Both the position numbers and the translations under genes were made by a program. A stretch of 45,535 nucleotides of DNA from Lenisia limosa. Lineage: Eukaryota; Protista; Breviatea. The notes under the pieces were generated by a model. It had not been told where the DNA came from. It worked only from the letters and a program-made list of their open reading frames with translations, and did no database searches. Below are positions 24,307 to 35,623 of this stretch, one piece after another (positions within the stretch are counted from its first letter, which is position 1; the number at the start of each line of letters is the position of its first letter). The stretch covers positions 1-45,535 of the forward strand of contig LPNZ01005159.1 of NCBI GenBank assembly GCA_001655205.1, read 5' to 3'.

Positions 24307-27300
24307 TCACACCATTGACTTGATAAAAGGGGTTGTGATGAAGGCGATGATACGTTGTATTATTGTAAGGGGCTGTGAGACCCTTGAAGTGTCTTTGAGA
24401 AGGGAGTCATATTCCTGGTTCATCAAAAGTAGAACACCACGTTGACATGGAAAATTATCAGATTGCATTGTGTTGTCTTTGCTCTCTCAAATCCCACCAA
24501 CCTCTTTAAACATGAGCTTCACTTTGGGGTTAGACGTCAACACTGCGAAGTCCAACTCAATGTCTCGGGAAGTGCTTCGTTCTCCTTAACTGTAAGTCCA
24601 AAAACATGCAATGTAAACTGAGAAATTCCCTGCTTTCCACATTATAATAAAAAAAAGCTATCGAAAAGGACCGAAAAACATCGAAATTAATCAAGACATT
24701 CACGATGAGGGTCGTCCCAAGGTAAGAGTGCATACCGTAGTTTGAACTCCCGATGATGAAGGCGGAAGTTCTATTCTTACGCTCTTCTGCCCAAATACCC
24801 TTACAGTGAAAACTCCTGATGAATAAGAGCAAACAAAAGTTGTGTTTGTGAAGACAAATATTCAATGTAGAAGGAAATCTCCTTATTAATAATAATAATA
24901 TTGCATCCCACCCATACAATTTCCATCAGAATCCCCATACCAATCCTTCTTATGCCAAGAGTTGACACTCTTTGCCTTGAGTACATCCACAGCTTTTCTT
25001 AGAATGCCATCATGCACATAAGGAACAAGCCCCAGAAGATGAGGGGCAGTGAAAAATCCATGGCTCTAGAATTTGTTATGAACATGGATGCGGTTCAAGA
25101 CAAGAAATACGATTTGGAAACCTATTAAAACTGCCATTTTGCTTTTCAAATCACAGAAAAGCAAAAGGTATTCAATATTCCTTTTACAATCTATTCGTAA
25201 TATAAAAACCCACTTTGATACTAGGCGCCAAGAAATCAAGGCGCCCACACCCTAGGGTCTTGAGAGAGGCAACGAATGACTTGGGGAAACTGCAGTAGGC
25301 CGAAGAAATCTAAAGATAATTGCCCCATTTCATATCTTTCACAAAACCACAATTCAGCTTACCTTCAGATCCACAGTCGAGGAACACACCATCGTAGAAA
25401 TAAAGGATGACGATCGAGAAACTCCAAATCCTGGAACTAAAGAATAAAAGAAGTCGGCAAAAGGAAAGGCAATGGTTTTAAAAAGTATACCTTGGAGAAG
25501 AGGGGCAATGATGGTGTCAGAAGTGACGTCGGTAGGATATTGATTCACCAAAGCGTGAATCGAATTTGAAGAACTAGCAGAATCTAGCAAAAGTGTTAAT
25601 ACAAGGATTTTTTATTTGATTATTATTCAAAAACTATGATAAATAAGACTAATACGGATGAAGAACTGTTTCAAAAATACGAGTCATAATTGACAACGAA
25701 CCTGTATTTGGAACGTCAAGCTGTCCGGCTTCTAAGAGGGTGTACGAAATGGGTTTGACGGCAATGGCCTAAAGATTCAGGAAATTAGGTCTGGTACATG
25801 ACTCTCCACCACTCGTGAGGAATGCCTACCAAATCTTCCATCCAATTTGCCAATTCAGGACAATTTGAGATTGACAAATAGCGATCTATTCGATCGGTGA
25901 AGTATGACGTAGCCAGGTTTGCTCTGAAACTGGTGACATATGACACTACAAATTCAGTTTCTAAGCAGAGGGTATTTAAAAGTTGCTCTATCCCTGTAAT
26001 CATCAGTAATCCTGAGCCTACCCTGTGACAAGAACATCGTCATCAGACACAATGCCCTTGACATGCCACACTGTTTCTAACTCCCCAAGTCGGCCGGAAA
26101 TAATGGGCCAAAAGAGCGACCGCAAGAAGGGTGATGATGGTGCCGGCGGCAACACAAATTGAACCTGCGACATAAGATGTTAACCCATATGATATGATAT
26201 CCACGAGTGATATGATCTATATGACCGAATTTCGAGTCGAAATGATGAACGAAGATAACATGAGGGTTCATCCCGAGTGTATCAGGGTATCATTGACACT
26301 TGTCGGCAATTACCATCCGAGTGGATATGAGGTGTCATATCAATGCGTGGAAAAAGATAGTGTGATAATAACTCAAAAAGTGATGTGATAAACTGAGACA
26401 GCTCACCCTCTTCAGTTCAAATCAAGGACTCGAACAAATAGCAAATAAGGAACACTCACTTTAAGTCTTTCTCCGTGACGGTCTTTGAGTGGTGCCAAAA
26501 GAGAGTATGCAGATGTAACCTTTGATTTATTCGGTAATTGGGGGCAAAACTTGTCAATAATACGATGGTACCTGTTTTGTGAAATTTGAACTTGTGAATA
26601 GCGCAGAAATATTTGAGTAAAATACTAGTAGCATCTAACGAACCAAAAGGTTTTACTCGGACGAGCAAGAACTCCAGAACTTCCCCGGGTGCCTCTTCTA
26701 GCGTCAAGCATAATGGTAGCTTCCAAGTCAGGCCGTGTTGTGAGAGCTGTGTCAATATGCTGGACCTAACTGTGTTAACAAAGTTTATCAACAAAATAAA
26801 AAAGACAAACTGTCATAGGAATACCAATTACATTCTCATCTTTTTATTGTTCAACATTTTATCAAATTTCAAAACAAAACGTGTATTCCCTGTGCCTATA
26901 GTAGCAGCTTTTATAATACTTCTACATTATGAAGGTATTGATAAATTTCGGTTCTATTTGTACTTTTTTTTTTTGATATGGTATTCTACTTCTGATTTAG
27001 GATACTGAGTTTTTATTTTAATCGCCAGGAGTCTTCCACTATATTTAAATATCATGCCCCACAAACTAATTTGACTTCCTCATGCTCAGCAAGGTAAAGT
27101 GCCGATATCACGAGTCGATTTCTGCATTGTCATAAGTGACATTTATGAGAACAGGTTTTTACTCAATGGAAGATATTTCAAGAAAACAACAACCAATAAT
27201 GTATACTTACAAACTTTATCAATGCAACAAAAACTTACTTTGCCGTTGCTATCATCCGAAGAACTTGGGTGCAAAACTCTGATGGTGCCCCCAATAACTG

Positions 27301-27439
27301 GAGCTAAAGAGGATTGTTAGATCAAATTTAGGGGGAGGGAAGCTGGCTAAGATGAAATGGGTGAATAAAATATTGGTTTCTATCATACTTGAGCATTGTG
27401 AACGGCAAAGCCTTTGAGGGAGCGAGCTAGGAGATCCAT
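24307..27439 (-). CDS. PGS1: CDP-diacylglycerol--glycerol-3-phosphate 3-phosphatidyltransferase (PLD-type phosphatidylglycerophosphate synthase), multi-exon
   Basis: NRLVISALYLAE, VWHVKGIVSDDDVLVTG|ANLATSYFTDRIDRY (first HKD-like motif), DTIIAPLLQ, HGFFTAPHLLGLVP, SFHCKGIW..IIGSSNYG|ERSTSRDIELDFAVLTSNP (second motif). Collinear with eukaryotic PGS1. Confidence 0.9.
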
Positions 27440-27701
27440 TGAGAGAGGAATCAAGGAAAGCTAGCGCAACTTATACGCTCGAACACATATAAAAGTTCGT
27501 TACTGGATATTAGATTTGGCTTCTAATCCACTAACACCTCTCCCCCTTGCTCTCCCCNNNNNNNNNNNNNNNNNNNNNNNNNNNNNNNNNNNNNNNNNNN
27601 NNNNNNNNNNNNNNNNNNGGGACAAATGCTTCACTCAGAAGGACTAGTAACAAATCTTTTGATACATAGTAATAAATTGCATCTAATAAACTTATTTTAC
27701 C

Positions 27702-30700
27702 ATGTGGGAGCCTCGTCCTGATGAATACACATTTAGTGAACCTGACTCGATTCCTTCTACAAAGGAAATGAAAAATATTTTCAATGAAATGACTGATAAA
27801 CTCATTAATACACAAGAAGACAATGGATCTTGGAGGTAAGGTGACTTTCTTTCAACTTTGAAAGAGCTTATATTTCACTTACATTCTTTAGATATCTGCT
27901 AGAGGGATCTGCTATTGCTGAATCATACTTATTACTTGCTTGTGCCTTGTTTCCAGACTATGTTCCGGATTCGTCCTTGATCACCAAAATACTTGAAGCG
28001 CTCCAAACGATGCAGGTCTGTTTTTCCTTCATCAATTATATAACAGAATCGAAATGATTATAACTGATGGATGAATGCACGTTAACTCTTATCCTGCACA
28101 GCAAAGTGATGGTGGCTACGCCCTTTACCCGACAGCTACCTCGGATTACTCCACATCCCTCGAGGTAGATCATAATGTTACAACTTACTTCAGAAAATCA
28201 AATTGAATAATATTATAATTATTAAATAATAAGAAATTAAAATTAATCTAATTATCAACACTTTGGACATTTGGACGAAATGTAACGGAATAAATTGTTA
28301 TTGTAACGATTTTCTTGACCTCCTGAGGTGTACATTGCCTTCCGAGTATCCGGGCTGAAAACCGACCATCCAAGTGTTCTTCGTCTTCTCGACTTCCTGA
28401 CTATGGCCAGAGACTCAAAACAGGCTCGGTGGGAGCAAAACCAAGACCCATGTAAATTGAAATTCATGAATCATAAAAGCCTCTTAATTGTGATCCCTTT
28501 TATTCTGTATTTTTTATTCTTTTAGGCTAACAAACCTTACCCGCTTGGCACTAGCCACTCTCGGTATTATGTCTTGGAGTGACATTCCCATTCCTCTCCC
28601 TGAACTGGTTTTGTTACCCACGCCGGTTCCGCTCTCTCTCTACTCTTTTGCGGCCTTCACAAGAGCTCACTTGTAGGCAAGATTGGAGTGTATTAGAAAA
28701 CAAAACATTGTTCATCCATTCAGGGTACCATTTATGGTTGTCGCACATTATAAACCAAAACCTGCTGTAAGCTAAATGGAATATTGAAATTGTTCAAAGT
28801 TCAATCTCAAAGTTCTTTTCATATCTCCAGTTTCCATACTTGATTGATGAAGTCAAACCGTTCATCACAGAGGATATGAAGACTCTTACTGCCGGCCTGC
28901 CCTTCAGAATGTTGTACAAATCGGGGACTCTTCCGCTTTGGGCTATTGGTGAGTTGGAATTGGCCATGTTTAACATATAAATTAAGGAAAATCAGCTGTG
29001 AGGACCAAAGCACTGGATTTCTGTCGACAATACATCCTACAGGTTGGTAAAACGCCCATTCCTACTTCTCTTTTTCAGTACGGTGTTCTCCTGAGTTATC
29101 AATACTATTTTGTCGTTATTTTATGCCAAAATAACAGTTTAGCGTCTTGAAAGTGACCACAGTATTGGGTCGTATATCTTGTCAACAATTTACGCGATGA
29201 TTGGTCTCAACGAAATGGGTCATGAGGTCAGAAGTAGCGTCCTGTTTTTGTATTATTTACATATTTTTTCGAGAATTACGGATCAGGAAGATCGAGTGTT
29301 ATTGCCCCGAATGCTTGAAGGAATGATCTCATGGACAATGGAACACAACGGACAAACCAGAATGCAAGTTGGTTCACGTTATCTGGGAACTTTTATGTCA
29401 AATGTGACTTCTAAGGTATGTACATCAACCCTCTGGGATACTGCCCTCAACTCAGTACTTCTTCGACAATTGGGTATGGACCACTCCAGTGAAACACTCA
29501 AAAAATCTGTGGAATACCTCATGGCAAGACAATGTTCAGTATGTGTTTCGTATTTTGTCCTCGTCACAAAATTCAGCTTCGAGAACTCAAGACAATTACG
29601 CCCAACATGTCGGGTGCTGCTTGGGGATTCATGGATGTTAACAAGTACTACCCCGATGTTGACGATACCATCTCCGTTCTCGAGACCATCCGAGGTAAGA
29701 GAACGATGTCTGCTGGGATTACCACAAATAGGTCACAATGATGGTCTCTTCAAGCGCGGTCTGTCATGGATTCTTCAAATGCAAAATGCTGATGGCGGGT
29801 ACGCGGCGTTTGACGTCAACTGCGACTCAAAAGTAGGCGTTATTTATAAAACAAATGGCACTGTGAATCAAAGGAGTATGACAGTCCAGCTTGTGGAGTC
29901 AATTCCGTTCAACGATGTGATAAGGTCAATGACGGACCCCAGTGTTCCGGATATGACAGCCCGCGCATCACGTTTCCTTCTTCATGAGATGTTTGCAGCT
30001 GGTATTTATTGCTAAACGCATCAATTGCATCAATTGCATCAATTGTATGACTTTTGTAGTGTCGACAAGCGAGAGACCTTGGACAGTCCAACAGGTGTTG
30101 CTGTAAAGAAAGCCCTAAAATGGCTTGTGAACGAGCAGCGAGAAGATGGAAGGTGAGTCATATTGAAACATTGGCTCTTAATGTCCAGCTGGTTTGGCAG
30201 ATGGGGCATCTGCTTTATCTTTGGAACCTGGAGCGCCCTGTGTGCACTGGCTGAAACTGGCGTCAAGGAAAACACCGCTGAAATGTGAGATAAAGAGTTA
30301 TTGTCTTGACCGTCCAGTCCTGAAACAAACGCAAGCAGTGCGTTAGCTCCTCCAAATGCCAACGACGCGGTAACCAAAGGAGCAGCATTCCTTAGGGACA
30401 CTCAGAACCCTGATGGAGGATGGGGGGAGGCTTGTTTAGTAGGCTCAAAGCTCAGGGCATTCCACTCCAAAAATAGTCGTAATGAGCAATAATGGGATAC
30501 TGACCATACAGTCCGACCAAGTGACCCGCTTTGTGCCGCGCCGGACTAGTCAGCCTTCAACCTCAGCCTGGGCCCTTGAGGCCCTTGTCATGGTGTCACG
30601 TGACCCTCTCAACGGTACGTGGTATTGCTTTTCGCAGCTGTTCATTGTATCAGACCCTGCAATTCAGAAGGGTCTGGCGTACCTACTGAAGAACTACGAT

Positions 30701-30874
30701 CATGGATGGAAGGACACATATCCAACCATGAGTGGATTTGCTGGGGTAAGTTCAACGTTAACAATTCTGACCACCCAGAAATTATACCTTCTCTATCACA
30801 ATTATGCTGATTTATGGCCAACCACTACACTTTTGCGCTATGTCAATCACCCAATGGTGAAAGCGCAACTCTAA
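27702..30874 (+). CDS. Class II triterpene cyclase, squalene-hopene cyclase family (SqhC-like); about 20 exons, about 650-670 aa
   Basis: QW repeats (TQEDNGSW, MQQSDGGY, MQNADGGY, EQREDGSW, TQNPDGGW). RMQ|VCTSTLWDTAL. WGFMDVNKYYPDVDDT with the DXDD protonation motif at 29655-29666, rather than the OSC DCTAE motif. DPSVPDMTAR, WFGRWGICFIFGTW, STSAWALEAL, SGFAG|KLYLLYHNY..WP. About 19 GT-AG introns with consistent phases. ATG 27702 is probable, but an upstream exon could be hidden in gap 27558-27618. Confidence 0.93.
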
Positions 30875-31122
30875 TTCATGCACATCATCCATCATGTTTT
30901 TTCTTTCATCATGTTATTTTGATAGTTTCTGATTTTACAATATATCCTCGAATTCCAGTCCACTCACCCGTATGGCCTGCCTATTGATACTAAAATACAA
31001 TAAATACATTAACCAAGATCAGGGTCTACTACCGACTGCCCGCTAATCACTCTGAAAAGTCAGCTTCCTTTACTCCCATCGAAACTATAATCAAGAGTCT
31101 CTCTCAGACCCCACCCCACTCC

Positions 31123-34100
31123 CTACAAATCTGGGGAATCAACTTCATCCTCATCCTCCATTTGCCCGAATTGCCCTGACTTCAGCTCAGAGTATAGGGA
31201 AAAGAGCCTACATCAGTATTAACTGGGTTGAAACAGTTTGATTGAAATAGTCCCCTCTCCTACAAATGAAGTGGGTGAATTCGTTCCCCTCCATAGACAG
31301 GAATATCTGTGAGCGCTAATGCAACATCCGCATATTGCTCCGTGGTCAGGCTGATGTCACTAGAAATGTCAAAAATGATGAAGACAGAGCACTTCAATCT
31401 TAGATTAGATAATGTTTACTTCTACACTTGTATCAATACCTGGGAGGTGGGAACTCCAACTCGTCTAAGGCAGCCTCGAAGTCTTCAGGCCACACTTGCA
31501 TCCTATCAGGATTAGTTATGTGGTTATTATTCGAAAAAAACTTCACTTTAAACCCAAAAAAAAAAAAAAAAAAAAAAANNNNNNNNNNNNNNNNNNNNNN
31601 NNNNNNNNNNNNNNNNNNNNNNNNNNNNNTAGAGGATTGACGGTTCAAAAAGTAGAAGTAAAGGCATTTGGTCAAAAAGAATGAACATCTCGATTTAGTC
31701 AATAATATCATATGCACATATGATACCGCTTACAGTTGCTCAATATCTGGCATGTTTTTACGGTACTGCACTTGAGGAGGAGGGTTGTTCCGGTGTAAGT
31801 CCTAACAAATTAGAAACAAAGCTCAATATCCGCTAATTGGAAGGTAAAGAAGCCGGAGTCACCTGGATGCTTTGGATCCAGCCTGTGACCAGCGACGGGT
31901 TTGCCTCGGGGTCCTGAATGGATCGAATGGCCACGTCGCCGACTGGAACATGTTTGGATGCAGCTCGGAGCTGAAGTTCAAGAACTAAAGGGTCAGCAAC
32001 CAAATTACACCACTTCTTCACATGCAAAAACTATCACGTAAAAAACGCTACACCAAGCCACAGACTAGAAGGGTCACTTGACGCAAGCGAAGGCTCATCC
32101 ACACGCACTAAACCCGAGCCGTCTTCCTTTCCGTCCGGTCGCGGTATCTACGAGTCAAATAATACCACAAAGAAAAGACAAAAAATTGATGAAAGCCTGA
32201 AACTTCATATCACTGTTATTAAGGCGGCTATTAGAGGTTCCCTCCAACTCAAGCCAAACACGTGTACCTTAAGGAAACCGTCACATTCGCCGACAGCAGG
32301 GATGTATTCGGGAATGAATGGTCGTTGTCGGATCTCAATTGAAACGCTCTGGGGCTGATACCGACCAATGTGCATAAAAAGGTCTCGGACCTATCCAGGA
32401 TTAAATCTGAGATTGGCAAGGCGACAATCTTCAAGTGGGCTTCACTGCGGTCCCGAAAAGACCGGTAAAATACCAATAGTTATTGAGGATTTATCGAGAA
32501 TTCAGTCTTTTTTTGTAACCAAATGAGCCCTAGTTGTATGTAGTAGTAATATATCATATAACACATTGAACAATGATATAAAATACATTCAATCCCAACT
32601 TTTTATGCTTTCCATATCCAGTGTAACCTACCTCTTCGTCAACATTCAGCGCTTCATACTCCTCAGCTTTATATCCACTGAACTATGAACAAAGCTTGTG
32701 GAAAGAAAAGATTTCATGGATTATAAACTATAATATTCAAAAGGGTAAATGATCAACAACCAAAAGAGTGAACTCCTTGACCAAATACAAAAGGAAAAAA
32801 CGGAATTGTAGGAAAATCACTCGCACTCGCCGGAAAAGCGCAGTGTTTTTCCGGGGAAACACTCAAGATCCATTCAAAATTAGACAAATTAGACAATCTA
32901 TCTAACTCCAGATCAAAGAAAGAAAGTCAGAAACTAAATTTAAATACACATTATTAACTAATGAAACTATAATTTAAATACACATTATTAGCTAAAAGAA
33001 TACACATAAAGAAAATGACTGATCATCAAAAAAGTAGAGATCCCTGGATGAATGGTGGTTGGTCAAAGAATATTTTGAATGGAAGGTGGAAGGGGACTTG
33101 CTCCTCCCAAAGAGCACTTTCCCTTTTTGCTGCCCTCTTAAATTATTTTTCCTGAGTTGTTTCCAACCGAAAATGTTTCGGGTTTTTTACGTAGCCTACC
33201 CTGGTTTCACCGGGGAGTGGTCCATCTGATCTAATTGATCATAGTTGTTTCCAGCAGCCTAAGTAGTCAGTAACACTGGAGGGGATTGGATGATGGAATA
33301 CAGCCCGCATTTTCTCACCAAAAAGGTGTGTTCAGGATCTTCAATATCCTCACTATCAACCACCATTGGTCCTGAGGGAGCAGGGGGAATTTCACCTAAA
33401 AAATAAAAAACAATCGCGAGACGCTGAGAACCATAACAACACATCTGGTCGTTTGGAACGTCATAATTAAAACAAATTTAGCAATAACAAACATCAAGAC
33501 AAGGTTATGATGAAAAAGGTAACTCCACCCACTTCCATATTCGCGCATCATTGTGTCTTCACCTGTTTTAATAAGAGTGAGCTATGGTAAAGAAAATGAT
33601 AAAAAAAAAAAAAAAACTGAGCAATGCCCACCTCCATAATCCCTAAGCATAGCATCCTCATCGGAAGTGTTGTGATGATCTTCATGAGCTGAACTGTATT
33701 AACAGGCATCGACAACGACGCTCAAACAATATAATCGAACAACTAAGGAAGATAACCCATACAAACCCATTCCTGGGGGGCTGTCCTGGCCGACTTCACT
33801 GGAAAGGCCCTCATCTCCTGGGTGTGTGACATATAAAATAAACACACCATTTATTTTTTTGATATGAGCATCGAGAAGTGAGTATTTCTTTTTTGATATG
33901 AGCATCGAGAAGTGAGTATTTCTTTTTGATATGAGCATCGAGAAGTGAGTATTTCTTTTTGATATGAGCATCGAGAAGTGAACATTATCATGAACAACAA
34001 AGCTTGCCATTCCTAACCACCTACTCTGAGGGGCGATATCACTGTCGTCGTGTCCTGAAGATTCTGAAGAGGAAACGTCAATTGCTTCGTCAAAAGGCTG

Positions 34101-34240
34101 ATCTTTCACAAGCTGAGACTAAAAGTGGGGAAAAGATAAGAGAAGGAGAGAAAGGATGTCAACTGTACCTCTCTGAGCCCTGCATTGTTTCCGTAAGGCT
34201 GGTTTGAACCACCTCCGAAATCAAATTCGTCGTCACTCAT
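31123..34240 (-). CDS. IFT46: Intraflagellar transport protein 46 (IFT-B core), multi-exon
   Basis: MSDDEFDF..KDQPFDEAIDVS, ADPLVLELQLR..IRSIQDPEANPSLVTGWIQSIQ|DLHRNNPPPQVQYRKNMPDIEQL|MQVWPEDFEAAL, QYADVALALTDIPVY, FSLYSELKS. These match the IFT46 C-terminal domain pattern. Confidence 0.9.
33861..33981. repeat. Intronic minisatellite, 33-34 bp unit x about 3.6
   Basis: GATATGAGCATCGAGAAGTGAGTATTTCTTTTT(T) starts at 33861, 33895, 33928 and 33961 (partial). It lies inside the IFT46 intron at about 33818-34024. No spacers. Confidence 0.9.
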
Positions 34241-34756
34241 AGGCCTGTAGGGTTACAGAGAAGATCCAACGCCTAGATTAGGGAAACGGTCTGATTTCTC
34301 ACCATTCAAGTGCTTATATCGTTCTTCTACCAATTATTTTAAAGTAGTAAACTTTGATAGATTAAGTGAGGGTTGACGTTTTGACTTTCTGACACTACTT
34401 TTCTGACTTCGGAGAACTATTTTCCTTATAGAATCGCGCCGACGTGACGTAATTTGGATAACATATCAATAATCACATTATCATGATGGCATATCATCAA
34501 CTGATCATCAATCTTATAACTTAAAACCAAGCGGCTTGAAGAGAGCAAGAGAGACACCTAACAGCCCCCTGTTGCCATGTTGCAGCCTAAGAGGAGGGGG
34601 GGGCATAACTGTTCACCTTCCATCCATCTCAGTTCCATCCCAAAATGAAAGAAAATTCAACATAACAAAAAATACCATGAAAGAAGTCAACAACAATCTA
34701 CACCATGCCTTTGCAACTGTCCACAACTTGGCGTTATGCTCAAAAAAATTTATAAT

Positions 34757-35623
34757 TTAAACTTCATCGGAAGGTCGTGTTTTGTCGTTTAAGGCTAAGT
34801 TATGAGCATAGTATGGCAATGCTACATGTCAGAAGCCATGTAAGAGATACAATAAAATTTGATGACAAGCTTCGTAGCAATTCAATTTCCACTTACAGTG
34901 GTCCTCAAATCTTTGCAGCACATGTTCTCCGTCAGTCTCAATCACTACCTTCTGTGGAGGTGAAGTTAGAACGCAGACGTGAACTCTTGTTATTGGGACA
35001 AATATGAACAGGCAAACTAAGTACAAATGCTTAACAACAGACATACAGCGTTAGGGATCCAACAATAAGTTCCACAATCCTTGGTACATCACTAAAGAAC
35101 AACACCCTCAAAGCAAACCTTGACGCAATTGACATAAGGAATAAAAACATGACTGCAAGCTTTTCTCACGTCTGGCACGTTTTCATCTGTTGTCGACCAG
35201 TTCTCATACCAAGACCTGAAGTCATGATCACAGCAAATAATTAATGAGTGCGATCCTTACATCCTGCTTGCACCATACCAACAGCAAAAATATATGAAGG
35301 GTATTTGCAAATGAGTCAGTGGGTTAATTTAGCGAAGTTCACTCCCCCCCCCCCCNNNNNNNNNNNNNNNNNNNNNNNNNNNNNNNNNNNNNNNNNNNNN
35401 NNNNNNNNNNNNNNNNNNNNNNNNNNNNNNNNNNNNNNNNNNNNNNNNNNNNNNNNNNNNNNNNNNNNNNNNNNNNGTGTATTAAAATTAAAAAAGGACG
35501 ACATACCCACACACACACAAACCTGAAGCACTTCATAAATGCCTCTTTTTCTTCACTACAAGCACCTCGCATTTCTTCGGCTCGCGGATCAACCTCGAGA
35601 ATATCTTCTGTTGGGGCGCTCAT
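34757..35623 (-). CDS. TRIAP1: TRIAP1/Mdm35 twin-CX9C mitochondrial intermembrane-space lipid-transfer cofactor, about 4 exons
   Basis: Spliced MSAPTEDILEVDPRAEEMRGACSEEKEAFMKCFR|SWYENW..KACSHVFIPYVNCVK|KVV..: two exact CX9C motifs plus the CF.+W(F/Y) pattern of Mdm35. An N-gap lies in intron 1. Confidence 0.8.

Noticed and set aside
30018-30046. 9-bp tandem repeat GCATCAATT x3
   Set aside because: Short intronic slippage repeat in the cyclase gene with no evident function.
27702-30874. Bacterial contamination as the source of the cyclase
   Set aside because: About 19 phase-consistent spliceosomal introns and tight packing between PGS1 and IFT46 argue for a genuine nuclear gene.
33861-33981. 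Direct repeats of CRISPR-like length (33-34 bp)
   Set aside because: Units are contiguous with no unique spacers, there are no cas genes, and the context is a eukaryotic intron.
14444-34452. Identical 9-mer GTGACGTAA (ATF/CRE-like) upstream of PME-1 (14444) and IFT46 (34444)
   Set aside because: Two post-hoc occurrences of a 9-mer in 45 kb are compatible with chance. It would need genome-wide enrichment testing.
35520-35623. Exon EVDPRAEEMRGAC.. initially resembling complex III hinge protein QCR6
   Set aside because: After splicing, the twin CX9C spacing and CFRSWY pattern fit TRIAP1/Mdm35 better.
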